Origin: Burkholderiaceae bacterium
GTDB taxonomy: Bacteria; Pseudomonadota; Gammaproteobacteria; Burkholderiales; Burkholderiaceae_F
Reading direction: 5' to 3'
DNA length: 60,108 nucleotides
Assembly: GCA_017383055.1 (NCBI GenBank)
Contig: JAFNZB010000264.1
Coordinates: 1 to 60,108, forward strand
In this document: in pieces, positions 19,772-29,236 of the stretch
How positions within the stretch are numbered: position 1 is the stretch's first letter
Layout of the letters: the number at the start of each line of letters is the position of its first letter
The notes under the pieces: model-generated
What the model was told of the DNA's origin: nothing
The model's input: only the letters and a program-made list of their open reading frames with translations
Database searches by the model: none
Made by a program: the position numbers and the translations under genes

Positions 19772-19781
19772 CTAGAGTGAG

Positions 19782-20714
19782 TTAGCGGTCTTCAGCGACC
19801 CGGATGGCTGTCACCATACGTTCGGCGTCTTCGTCAGAGAGCCAAGGAATCCAGCAGTGGATCGGTTCGGATTCATTGCCTAAAACGGCTAAGGCATGTC
19901 CAAGTTCCGTGAGCGATTCGGCGCCCGAGACGCCTAAAGCATATTCGGACATTGTGCTATTGGGTAACTTCATTGAGATGCGGTTACCAAAATAGTCGCG
20001 AATCGCTTTAGGTAATACGCGTTCATCTGGCCACTGAGTGGCCAAAATCAAATGATATCCAGTGCTCCAACCTTTATTAGAAATGGCTTCCAGTGCATCA
20101 ATGAGCTTTGCACGGAAATCGTCGTCGATGAGCCAAACGGCAATTTCATCGATAACGACGAAAGTACGCATGATGCGTTTTTTGAGCCCCAAGACGTTGT
20201 TGCACTCTTCTAAAGTCTTAACCCCTAAAGTTTCAAAAAGTTTTTCGTGCGCCTGGATGGATTTGACGATGCTTTCCAAATAGGCTTTCGCCGTTTCGAT
20301 ATTGGTTTCCACGCGCAAACGATGCAAGCCTTTGAGACTTTCGAATGCCCAGCCGCCGTTGGGATCGAAAACTTTAATCGCAGCCAAATCCGGCGGATTG
20401 GTCATTGCGATATCGAGTAAAAGATTGCGGATGAAGGAACTCTTACCGCTTCCGGTCATCCCTGTTAGCAAGGTATAAGGGGCATGTGCTCCGAACCCTC
20501 CGAATTCAGATTCGAAATTCAGGTACACCAACTCGTCTTTTTTATCTTGGCGGCCTAGAACGAAAGAATAGTTGCCACCGTAATTGTTTCGATTCACAAG
20601 ACGTTCACGCCAAACACTCCACATGCTGTCGGAACCTTCTTGGGTATGCTTGTCGAGAAGGGCTTCGATGGCTGCAGGGTAACGCATACGTTTCTTATCC
20701 AACATAACGATCAT
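19782..20714 (-). CDS. Stand-alone FtsK/SpoIIIE-domain P-loop ATPase-like protein (degenerate)
   Basis: Walker A GMTGSGKS, FDPNGG, Walker B VVIDE, GYHLILATQWP, LGVSGAESL. No TM segment and no gamma domain. Confidence 0.8.
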   Translation of the reverse strand: MIVMLDKKRMRYPAAIEALLDKHTQEGSDSMWSVWRERLVNRNNYGGNYSFVLGRQDKKDELVYLNFESEFGGFGAHAPYTLLTGMTGSGKSSFIRNLLLDIAMTNPPDLAAIKVFDPNGGWAFESLKGLHRLRVETNIETAKAYLESIVKSIQAHEKLFETLGVKTLEECNNVLGLKKRIMRTFVVIDEIAVWLIDDDFRAKLIDALEAISNKGWSTGYHLILATQWPDERVLPKAIRDYFGNRISMKLPNSTMSEYALGVSGAESLTELGHALAVLGNESEPIHCWIPWLSDEDAERMVTAIRVAEDR

Positions 20715-20796
20715 CCTTGCTTGAGTTTGTGTGCGGTTTCTTCAATGTTAATCGTTTTGAAGGCGAAAAAGATAGCCTAAATCGTGTACCAATGAC

Positions 20797-21978
20797 TCAT
20801 TGCAGAGTCCTTTTGAGAGTGATTAAGGTAATTTCGGGGTCAATCCCCAAACGAATTGGGAAACCGAACCAAAGGCTTGTGCCTCGGTTGATATAAAGCT
20901 GCATGTCTTCAACTTTGTATAAGCCTTTGACAAAGCCGTTATTGAGGCTTTGGGCGAGCCAATGCAGACCGAAGATTTGCCCTCCATGGGTATGACCCGA
21001 AAGTTGCAATGCGATAGGCCATTGAGCGAACTCCGGAGCCCGTTTGACTTGGTGCGACAGCAAAATAACAGGAACCTCGGATGGAATGCCTTTGAGCGCC
21101 TTTCCCAATGAGGGCTCTTGGCGGTCATAACGTTTAGCCATCGGATCGGTGATGCCGACAATGGCTAAACGCTGTCCGGCTTTTTCGATGAAAACGTGTT
21201 CGTTTTCTAACCATCGTAAACCTAGAGTCGGGAAGAAGTGACGCCAGTCATCGTGGGCTACATAATGCTCGTGGTTGCCTTCAATGGCAATGACGCCATC
21301 TCGAGCATGAAATTGAGCAAACGGTAATAAATCGTTTTGTCTTGCGGCGAGCGAACCGTCAACCAAATCACCCGTGATGACGATAAGATCAGGGGCGAGC
21401 GCATTGGTACGGGTCACGATCTTTTCATTACGATCGTGTCCAAGCAACGCCGACGTGTGAATGTCAGAAAGTTGTGCGATCCGATAGCCGTCAAATGCAG
21501 GAGGTAAATTTTTAATCCAAATTGTTTGCTCGGTCACGGGTGGCTGCTTTAGCGCCGTGTAATTGGCAAACGTGGCAACGGTCAGAGCCAGTGTCAGTGT
21601 GTAAATGGAAATCCGTGTTCGATTGACATAAGGCGTTTTTGTTTTGAAAAAGCGGACGGCAAGGAAGATGTCTTTCAATAAACAAAAACCAACGAGAAAA
21701 AGCTCGACAGTGAAAAGCCAAGCGAAAATCACCAACGCAGTATGAGGAATTAGACCGTCAAAGCCGTAATAGAAAGCACGCGAAAGCGCTGCGTATTGGC
21801 TGGAAACAAGAAGCGTCAAACACATAACCGCTTTAATGCTCCAGTGCCAACGGGTACGATAGCACGTGCTTAAAAAAGCATAAAACGCAAAATAAATCGG
21901 GATGATGTGAATCAGGATTTGTTGCATCTTATTGTGTGTCACCAAACGACCGTAAGATCGTTTGGTGATAAAAATCAT
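20797..21978 (-). CDS. Membrane-anchored calcineurin-like metallophosphoesterase (YkuE/YaeI-like)
   Basis: 4 N-terminal hydrophobic segments; SDIH, GDLVD, GNHE, LSHQ, SGHTHGGQ. Confidence 0.88.
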   Translation of the reverse strand: MIFITKRSYGRLVTHNKMQQILIHIIPIYFAFYAFLSTCYRTRWHWSIKAVMCLTLLVSSQYAALSRAFYYGFDGLIPHTALVIFAWLFTVELFLVGFCLLKDIFLAVRFFKTKTPYVNRTRISIYTLTLALTVATFANYTALKQPPVTEQTIWIKNLPPAFDGYRIAQLSDIHTSALLGHDRNEKIVTRTNALAPDLIVITGDLVDGSLAARQNDLLPFAQFHARDGVIAIEGNHEHYVAHDDWRHFFPTLGLRWLENEHVFIEKAGQRLAIVGITDPMAKRYDRQEPSLGKALKGIPSEVPVILLSHQVKRAPEFAQWPIALQLSGHTHGGQIFGLHWLAQSLNNGFVKGLYKVEDMQLYINRGTSLWFGFPIRLGIDPEITLITLKRTLQ

Positions 21979-21987
21979 AGGGTTAAG

Positions 21988-23388
21988 TTATTTCTTACTT
22001 GTTTTGACTTCCAATAATTTTTCGCCTTTAAGGTGTCGAAGTGCTTGTTGGAGTTGGAAGTCATTGTCATCGCCAAAGAAATAGCGGGCTTTGGGTTGCT
22101 CCTCTTCTTTCTTGGGTTTGTGATCGACCGCCTTTTTCGACGCTTCTTTTTCGGCTTCGCTCGTTAAATGACCGGCAAGATCCGCTTCACGGATATCAAA
22201 ACTCAAGTAGTTGCCCGTTTCCGTATCGGTAATCTCGATGTCAGGTGTAATGCCGGTGGCTTGGATTGTGCGGCCACTGGGCGTGAAATATCGAGCGGTC
22301 GTAAGCTTAATTCCGGTTTTTGGTTCGCTGCCGTCGAGCGGACGAATCGGCAGAATCGTTTGGACGCTACCCTTACCGAAAGATCGATGCCCCATAATCG
22401 TTGCACGCTTATGATCCTGAAGTGCACCGGCTACGATTTCGCTAGCACTGGCTGACGCAGCATTGATTAAAACGACAATCGGCACGGTTTTGGATCGTGC
22501 GGATAAGCGAGCAATCAAGTCCGTTTCCGGTTTTTGACCGAAATTGAGGTAGTCAGACGGAATCGTTTTGAATACACGATCGGAATCTGTCATCTTCCCC
22601 TTGGTGCTCACGACGGTTTGATCTTTACCGATGAACGCAGAGACCACACCGACAGCGGCAGTTAATAAACCACCTGGGTCGTTGCGTAAATCCAAAACAA
22701 GGCCCTTGAGATGGTTTGACTTTTCCAATTCCGTCAAATACTTGGCGAGATCATTGGCGGTGTGCTCTTGGAATTGAGAAATTCGGATGTAACCGTAACC
22801 ATCCTTGAGCTTTTTCATCTTGACGGATTGCACCTTGATGATGTCACGCACGATTGTGAAGTTAAGGGGTTTATCGACTCCCTTGCGAGCCACGACCAAT
22901 TCAATCTTTGTTTTGGGTTTGCCTCGCATCAATTTAACGTTTTCCGACAAACTCATGGCTCGTGTGGCTTGGTTGTCGATTTTGATGATGATGTCACCGG
23001 CTAAGATACCGGCTCTGGCGGCCGGTGTGTCATCGATCGGGGCAATCACCAAGACGCCACTGGCATCCATACTCACTTCTAAACCTAATCCACCGAATTC
23101 GCCTTGCGTGCCTTCTTTCATATCCTCAAAAGCTTCTTGATCAAGATATGCAGAATGAGGATCAAGGCCGTTGAGCATGCCAGCAAGTGCGTTTTCAAGT
23201 AATTTTTCGTCCTTGGTCGGGTCGACATAAAACGCTTTGATTGCTCCGTAGACATCGGTAAATTGGCGAATTTCTTGCAGGGGCAGGGGCTTTTGAGCTT
23301 CTTGAGCAAAAACGCTGGGTGCAAAAACGGAGCATCCGAGCAATAAACTCGAAAAAATAGACAGGGAGAGACGATTAAAATTTTTCAT
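21988..23388 (-). CDS. ctpA: Carboxyl-terminal processing protease (S41, PDZ)
   Basis: LDPHSAY, FGGLG, LDLRNDPGG, SASASE, FGKGSVQ. Confidence 0.93.
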   Translation of the reverse strand: MKNFNRLSLSIFSSLLLGCSVFAPSVFAQEAQKPLPLQEIRQFTDVYGAIKAFYVDPTKDEKLLENALAGMLNGLDPHSAYLDQEAFEDMKEGTQGEFGGLGLEVSMDASGVLVIAPIDDTPAARAGILAGDIIIKIDNQATRAMSLSENVKLMRGKPKTKIELVVARKGVDKPLNFTIVRDIIKVQSVKMKKLKDGYGYIRISQFQEHTANDLAKYLTELEKSNHLKGLVLDLRNDPGGLLTAAVGVVSAFIGKDQTVVSTKGKMTDSDRVFKTIPSDYLNFGQKPETDLIARLSARSKTVPIVVLINAASASASEIVAGALQDHKRATIMGHRSFGKGSVQTILPIRPLDGSEPKTGIKLTTARYFTPSGRTIQATGITPDIEITDTETGNYLSFDIREADLAGHLTSEAEKEASKKAVDHKPKKEEEQPKARYFFGDDNDFQLQQALRHLKGEKLLEVKTSKK

Positions 23389-23400
23389 ACGATGATTCTT

Positions 23401-24879
23401 TTATTCTTTACCGATCCAAGGCAACGGGTTGAATGGACGGCCGTTGTGGCGCAATTCAAAATACAACCCAGGTAAGTCCTCACCACCCGTATTGCCGACA
23501 CTGGCAATCGTGTCGCCTCGTTGGATCCGATCGCCGACGCTCTTATAGAGCGATTCATTGTTGCCGTAAATCGAAAGGAAACCGTCACCATGATCGATAA
23601 TGATCAAGTTGCCAAAGCCTCGAAGCCAGTCGGAAAAAACGACCTGGCCGGCTGCGCAAGCCAGTACGTCCGATCCCTGTTTGGCTTGAATCTGAAGTCC
23701 TTTCCACGTCGTGCTTTTGCCGGAAACGTTGGCTCGAGCTTGGCCGAAACGACCGACAATCTTGCCTAACGCCGGCATCATCAGACGACCTTTGAGTTTG
23801 GCAAATTGACCTTTAAGCGGGGGAACGTAACCGCCAGAGGCAACGGACTTACCGGTCTTTTGTTGCTGACGAGCTTTTTCTGCCAAACGTTGTGCTTCTG
23901 CTTTTTGTTTGGCTAAAAGTTTGTCGATGTTGGCTACTAATTCTCCTAAACGAGCTTGGTCACGTTCCATTTTATCGATAGAGGCTCGCTGTTCGGAGAT
24001 TTGCTTTTGTAATTTCGTTAACGCTTGTTTCCGATCGGCTTGATCTTTGACCAATTGCGCACGATCCTCTCGTTCACGAGATTCGATATTGGCCAACTCC
24101 TTACGTTTGGTGAGCGTTTCTTCAGAAACCGATTGAATGTTGGCTTGTCGATAGGCCAAACGATGTGCGGCGCGCTCTTCGGCTTGCGCAAAATAACGCA
24201 AAGCGGCTGCGTCACGTGCGATTTCGTGTGGATTGGAGCCCGCGATGAGGGTTTGCCAGGAATCGCGTTGCGTGTTGAGGTATTGCGCTTGAGCAATCAC
24301 GCGAATTTGCTTTTCTGCATCGGTGAGTTGGCCGCTCACGGCTCGTTCTTGTTCTCGTAACTCTTTGAGACGATTTTCCACGCGAGCGCGTTCGCTGCCG
24401 AGGTTACGTAAACGTCGATTGACCTTTGAGATGGCTGCTTCACTGGCGGCTAAAGCATCGGATGCTTCATTGTGACTAGCTTCGGTTTCGGATAAGCGCT
24501 TTTTCAAGTCATCCAATTGCTCTTGCAAGGAGGCTTGTTGCGTTTTGAGTTCGTCGCGTTTTTTTAACGTTTCCTTTTCGCTAGGCGCTTTCGTGACCGA
24601 TTTTTTGTTATTTTCTTTAGCAGAGCTTTTGTTTTTTTTCGCGGAAGCAGTTTTCTTTTGCGATGTTGCTTTCGACGACTTTTTTTGTTGAGTCGAGGTT
24701 GTTTTTTTGTTTGTAACGGTCGTTTTCTTTGTTGTTTTTGTGACGGAGGTCTTTTGCGTCTGAGTGTGAGACGCAGGTGCAGCCAAGCCCTCATTGTTCA
24801 TGAGTGCTAAAGGCAGTAAAACACCGACTAATCCGAGTGCTTTGCAGAGTTTGGTGAAGGCGATTCGAATCACTCGCAC
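23401..24879 (-). CDS. envC: Murein hydrolase activator EnvC (coiled coil + degenerate M23)
   Basis: Long coiled coil; M23 domain lacking the Zn ligands (WKGLQI, SIYGNN), LYFELR; upstream of ctpA. Confidence 0.85.
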   Translation of the reverse strand: MRVIRIAFTKLCKALGLVGVLLPLALMNNEGLAAPASHTQTQKTSVTKTTKKTTVTNKKTTSTQQKKSSKATSQKKTASAKKNKSSAKENNKKSVTKAPSEKETLKKRDELKTQQASLQEQLDDLKKRLSETEASHNEASDALAASEAAISKVNRRLRNLGSERARVENRLKELREQERAVSGQLTDAEKQIRVIAQAQYLNTQRDSWQTLIAGSNPHEIARDAAALRYFAQAEERAAHRLAYRQANIQSVSEETLTKRKELANIESREREDRAQLVKDQADRKQALTKLQKQISEQRASIDKMERDQARLGELVANIDKLLAKQKAEAQRLAEKARQQQKTGKSVASGGYVPPLKGQFAKLKGRLMMPALGKIVGRFGQARANVSGKSTTWKGLQIQAKQGSDVLACAAGQVVFSDWLRGFGNLIIIDHGDGFLSIYGNNESLYKSVGDRIQRGDTIASVGNTGGEDLPGLYFELRHNGRPFNPLPWIGKE

Positions 24880-25145
24880 TGATTTCCGTTTGTAAGGTCA
24901 AAAAGATTTCACAATTCGGTTGTGAAAGTTACTTTTTCGTGAAAAAAAGAAATACCCGTTATCGTTTAGTTAACAATAGGAAACTGAATCAATAATTCTA
25001 AAGAAATTACGGCATCGGGACGAGAGAAAACGCTTGAAACCACACCAATTTTTTGTAATTTGTTGTACTATCCAAAGGCGTTGGTTTTTTCTCTGATTTT
25101 TATGGGAAAAACCGAGTTTTTTTTGAGATTAAAAGAGAAGATATC

Positions 25146-25550
25146 GTGTTTCAATTTTTAGTTGATAATATCGTTTTGGTTGTGGTCGCTATTGCTTCCG
25201 GCGTCATGCTCGCATGGCCGTTGATTTCCAAGCGCACGATGGGTGCGACGGTTAACAACGAAGAGACCATTGAATTCATCAACAAGAAGAATGCTCAAGT
25301 GATCGACCTCCGTGATCACAAGGAATTCAAGCGCGGCGCTATCGCTAGCTCCACGAACATTCCGTTTGAACACTTCGCCGATCGTATGGACCAAGTGGCT
25401 AAGGATCGTCCGGTTATTTTGGTCGATGCTGTGAACGTCAACAGCAAGAAGGCTTCCGAAATGTTGCGTAGCAAGGGCTACAACAACGTGTTCGTTTTAG
25501 CCGATGGTATTAAGGGTTGGGTCGAAGCAAAGCTCCCCTTCTCCCGCTAA
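25146..25550 (+). CDS. Membrane-anchored rhodanese-like protein (YibN-like, no catalytic Cys)
   Basis: N-terminal TM, IDLR..EF..G.I, GIKGW..AKLP; upstream of secB. Confidence 0.85.
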   Translation: MFQFLVDNIVLVVVAIASGVMLAWPLISKRTMGATVNNEETIEFINKKNAQVIDLRDHKEFKRGAIASSTNIPFEHFADRMDQVAKDRPVILVDAVNVNSKKASEMLRSKGYNNVFVLADGIKGWVEAKLPFSR

Positions 25551-25579
25551 GAATTCATTAAATCTGAGGGTTTGGAAAA

Positions 25580-26056
25580 ATGGCTGAAGAAATGCAAAAC
25601 CAAGAACAACAACCGGTTTTTCAATTGCAACGTTGCTACATGAAAGATGCATCCGTTGAAATGCCGAATGCTCCGCAAATTTTTGCAAAGCAATTGGAAG
25701 CTCAACCGGTTGTGGACATGCAATTTGAAGTGGCTATCGCCGCTTTGAGTGAAACGCACCATGAAGTGGCTGTTCGCTCGACGGTGACGATTAAGGCAGA
25801 CGACAAGGTCATGATGATCGCCGAAGTGAAGCAAGCCGGCATCTTCTTGATCCAAGGTTTTGACGAACAACAAATGATCCATATCGGTAACGTGGTTTGC
25901 CCGTCTATCGTCTATCCGTATTTGCGCGCCAATATGGCTGATTTGGTCACGCGCACGACGATGGCTCCGGTTCACTTGCCGGAAATGAACTTTGAAGCTC
26001 TCTTCCAACAACGTTTGGCTGAAGCTCAAGCACAAGCCCAAGCTCAACAAAATTAA
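25580..26056 (+). CDS. secB: Protein-export chaperone SecB
   Basis: FQLQRCYMKDASVEMPNAP, EVKQAGIF, CPSIVYPYLR, NFEALF. Confidence 0.96.
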   Translation: MAEEMQNQEQQPVFQLQRCYMKDASVEMPNAPQIFAKQLEAQPVVDMQFEVAIAALSETHHEVAVRSTVTIKADDKVMMIAEVKQAGIFLIQGFDEQQMIHIGNVVCPSIVYPYLRANMADLVTRTTMAPVHLPEMNFEALFQQRLAEAQAQAQAQQN

Positions 26057-26079
26057 TTGTTGATTCTTAGCTAGTAAAC

Positions 26080-26124
26080 AAAAGGAAGAGCGATCCTTAA
26101 GCAGGAGAACTCTTCCTTTTTTGT
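26080..26124 (+). terminator. Terminator after secB
   Basis: AAAAGGAAGAG...CTCTTCCTTTT followed by TTGTTT. Confidence 0.75.
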
Positions 26125-26138
26125 TTGATTGATTGCGT

Positions 26139-28028
26139 ATGGCAAAGTTACAAGCCCCTCAACTGTCGAGTCGATTACTACGCATTGCCTTACTGTGGGT
26201 AATCTTGTTGATCACGTCCGTGGTTTACACCTTGTTTTTATCCTGGCGTTTGGAGGCAACGACAGCCGTATTACACGATGCGGCTGACATTCGTAGTGAA
26301 CTTTTTCAGTTAGATATGGTTGTGAAGTCTCCTGACTTGGCAACGAAATACGACGTACCCGGTTGTGTTTGGCGTGTTGATCGGGGTATCGCTCGTGTTT
26401 TACGAGGTGAGGAGCGTTTTCGCATTCTTCCGAAAGACGATCGAATCAACCAAGTCTTTTATGGATTCGAAGAGCTTTGGAAGCGTAATGTGAAGCCGCC
26501 GCTTTTGCTTGAGGGTGGCCAAGAAACTAATTTGCATTCTGTTATCAATAATGCGCAATTCATTGTTGATTTCAACCGTTTGAATGAACAATTGGATCAG
26601 TGGGTCACGTATGTGGAAGCCGATGCCGATCGTAACATTGTGATTTTGCGATACACGCAGGTCGCATTGGGTGCATTGTCAGTATTGAGCGTCATCATTT
26701 TGATGTGGTTCTTACTCGTATGGGTGTTGCGACCTCTCAACCAGTTGCAACAAGGTATCGAACGTCTGCGTCAGGCAGATTGGAAAACGCGGGTTCATTC
26801 GGACGGGTCTTTAGAGTTTGCACACATTTCAACGGGTTTCAATGACTTGGCTAGTCACTTGGATGACGTGTATACGAATTTGGAAAATAAGGTTGCCGAG
26901 AAGACAAGTTCGTTAGCCGAGAAGAACGTTTATTTGACCGCACTATATGGTCTGACGGCTTATTTGAGTGAGCAGCATTCCATTGAAGAGTTACGAGAGT
27001 CGTTTTTGCTTCGCATCATGACGCTTGGGCAAGCACAAGCCGGCGCCATCTATTTTTGGGAAGAAAAACGACAACGTTTGGAATTGGTTGAGTGGCGAGG
27101 ACTTTCGGTTGAGCAAGCACAAGATCCCCAATACGTAACTTACTTTAGCCAAGAAATGGAATCGCTTTATCCGCAAACCCAATCCTTGGATCAGGTATCA
27201 GATTCGATTGCCTCGAAATTTAAGAGCGTTTCGACTTATCACATCCGTAATAAGCAAAAGAACATTGGTGTGTTCGTTCTTTTTCATCAAGAGGGTCAAA
27301 AGCACGACGTCGATATCGATCCGCTTTTGGAAACTTTGGGACGACACTTGGGAGCAGCCGTTGAAAACATGCGTTTAACGGCATTGGACCAGCAAATGGC
27401 TGTGGGGGCAGAGCGGAATTTGATGGCTCAAAACTTGCATGACTCGATTGCTCAGACTCTGTCTTTTGTGAATTTACAAGTGCAAATGCTTGATGATGCA
27501 GTCAAACGTAACGAAGGGGAATTGATTAAAGATGCTGTCGTTCAAATCAAAGCCGGTGTACAAGAGTGTTACGAGGATGTTCGAGAGTTGTTATTGAATT
27601 TCCGCACTCGTGTGACTCAAGAGGACTTTGAGGAAATCGCGGCGACGGTTTTGAAGCGTTTTGAACGTCAGACGCAAGTCAAGGCTCATTTGCGATTGTT
27701 AGGCAATGGTCTTCCGTTGAGTTCCGATCAGAAATTACAAGCGATCTTTATTTTGCAAGAGGCACTCTCAAACGTTCGTAAGCATGCTCATGCTGAAACT
27801 GTTTTGGTAACCGTGCGAAACGAAGCCGATTTTTCGATGACGATTATGGATGATGGTGTCGGTATAGACGAAAGGCTAATGCAAGAACGCCAACAACGAC
27901 ACGTTGGATTGTCTATTATGCAAGAACGTGCTCAAAAGGTTTCCGGCAGTATTGAAATCGAGTCCGAATCTCAGGTTGGTACCACGGTTCGATTTAAGCT
28001 TCCTAAAGAGGTTAGACAAGCATTATGA
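26139..28028 (+). CDS. narX: NarX/NarQ-family sensor histidine kinase (TM-sensor-TM-HAMP-GAF-like-HisKA_3-HATPase)
   Basis: Two TMs, HAMP, S-helix LENKVAEKT, H-box ERNLMAQNLHDSIAQ, RELLLNFR, QEALSNVRKHA, DDGVG, HVGLSIMQERA. Confidence 0.8.
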   Translation: MAKLQAPQLSSRLLRIALLWVILLITSVVYTLFLSWRLEATTAVLHDAADIRSELFQLDMVVKSPDLATKYDVPGCVWRVDRGIARVLRGEERFRILPKDDRINQVFYGFEELWKRNVKPPLLLEGGQETNLHSVINNAQFIVDFNRLNEQLDQWVTYVEADADRNIVILRYTQVALGALSVLSVIILMWFLLVWVLRPLNQLQQGIERLRQADWKTRVHSDGSLEFAHISTGFNDLASHLDDVYTNLENKVAEKTSSLAEKNVYLTALYGLTAYLSEQHSIEELRESFLLRIMTLGQAQAGAIYFWEEKRQRLELVEWRGLSVEQAQDPQYVTYFSQEMESLYPQTQSLDQVSDSIASKFKSVSTYHIRNKQKNIGVFVLFHQEGQKHDVDIDPLLETLGRHLGAAVENMRLTALDQQMAVGAERNLMAQNLHDSIAQTLSFVNLQVQMLDDAVKRNEGELIKDAVVQIKAGVQECYEDVRELLLNFRTRVTQEDFEEIAATVLKRFERQTQVKAHLRLLGNGLPLSSDQKLQAIFILQEALSNVRKHAHAETVLVTVRNEADFSMTIMDDGVGIDERLMQERQQRHVGLSIMQERAQKVSGSIEIESESQVGTTVRFKLPKEVRQAL

Positions 28029-28714
28029 CAATTCGCATTTTATTGGTAGATGATCACACTCTTTTCCGTTCCGGTTTGAAGGCTTTGTTGTCTCGTCAGT
28101 CGGACTTTGAGGTCGTTGGCGAGGCTGCCGACGGTTTGGAAGGGGTGAAGTTGGCCGAGCAACTCAAGCCCGATGTGGTGTTGTTGGATTTGGATATGCC
28201 GGTGATGCGCGGTACCGAGGCTTTGGCACAGATGCTCGAAAACGATCGTCTCTTGCCGATTGTGATGTTGACCGTGAGCGAAGATGCTGAGGATTTGAAA
28301 GAAGCGTTTGTTTTGGGTGCGCGTGGCTATTTAGTCAAAAATATCGATGCCGAATATTTGGTGCAAAGCGTTCGCCAAACGGTGGCCGGTGAAAGTGTGA
28401 TGTCGCCGGAGATGACGAGCAAGTTCGTCAATGGTATTCGTGCGAAGCACTTGTCTTTGATGCCAGAGGTTAAACCCGAAGCCGTACGGACTCTCACTGA
28501 ACGTGAGCGTCAAATTTTGGGTTGTTTGGCTCAAGGGGCTAGTAACCGTGAAATTGCAAAGCTTTTGAATATGTCAGAAAGCACGGTCAAGGCTCATTTA
28601 CAACGCATTATGCGCCGATTTGATTTCAGCTCTCGAGTGCAGGCGGCAGTGTATGCGGCTGAGCGGCATATGGATCGCTATTTGCTCGATGGTGTTACCT
28701 CGAGTGAAGATTGA
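28025..28714 (+). CDS. narL: NarL/FixJ-family response regulator
   Basis: LVDDH, LLDLDMP, LTVSED, GARGYLVK, LuxR HTH LTERE...SNREIA...TVKAH; ATGA-coupled to the kinase. Confidence 0.85.
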   Translation: MTIRILLVDDHTLFRSGLKALLSRQSDFEVVGEAADGLEGVKLAEQLKPDVVLLDLDMPVMRGTEALAQMLENDRLLPIVMLTVSEDAEDLKEAFVLGARGYLVKNIDAEYLVQSVRQTVAGESVMSPEMTSKFVNGIRAKHLSLMPEVKPEAVRTLTERERQILGCLAQGASNREIAKLLNMSESTVKAHLQRIMRRFDFSSRVQAAVYAAERHMDRYLLDGVTSSED

Positions 28715-28731
28715 TTGTTGGGTGACAACGT

Positions 28732-28758
28732 AAAAAGGACTCAAATTGAGTCCTTTTT
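28732..28758. terminator. Bidirectional terminator narL/trmL; 23-bp core repeated at 37894-37916
   Basis: AAAAAGGACTCAA-a-TTGAGTCCTTTTT. Confidence 0.8.
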
Positions 28759-28760
28759 CG

Positions 28761-29231
28761 TTAGATACCGCCTTCGTAATCGTTTTGACGCCACGCTTCA
28801 TAGACCGTCACGGCAACGGTATTGGAGAGATTAAGCGAACGGTTATTGGGGCGCATCGGCAAGCGAATACGTTGTGTTTCCGGGAAGTAGGCACGAACAG
28901 CGTCACTAAGGCCGCTACCTTCGCTACCGTAAACGAACCAGTCGCCAGGCAAAAATTGACATTGGCCGAAGGGGCGAGAGCCTTTCGTGGTCATTGCAAA
29001 CATGCGAGAACGATCGGGATTTTCGCTTTCCAGAAACGCTTCAAAGCTTTTGTGAACTTTGACCGTGGCGTACTCATGGTAATCAAGACCGGCGCGGATC
29101 ATATGCTTGTCTTCAAGTGTAAAACCGAGAGGTTCGACAAGGTGCAATTCGCAACCGGTATTGGCCGATAAACGGATGATATTGCCCGTATTAGGCGGGA
29201 TTTCTGGTGCAACTAAAACGATTTTGAACAT
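28761..29231 (-). CDS. trmL: tRNA (cytidine/uridine34-2'-O)-methyltransferase
   Basis: [34 protein letters not shown]. Confidence 0.95.
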   Translation of the reverse strand: MFKIVLVAPEIPPNTGNIIRLSANTGCELHLVEPLGFTLEDKHMIRAGLDYHEYATVKVHKSFEAFLESENPDRSRMFAMTTKGSRPFGQCQFLPGDWFVYGSEGSGLSDAVRAYFPETQRIRLPMRPNNRSLNLSNTVAVTVYEAWRQNDYEGGI

Positions 29232-29236
29232 AGTGA

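Noticed and set aside
25030-25075. CTTGAAA as a sigma-32 -35 box upstream of rhodanese-secB
   Set aside because: No CCCCAT-like -10 at the required spacing
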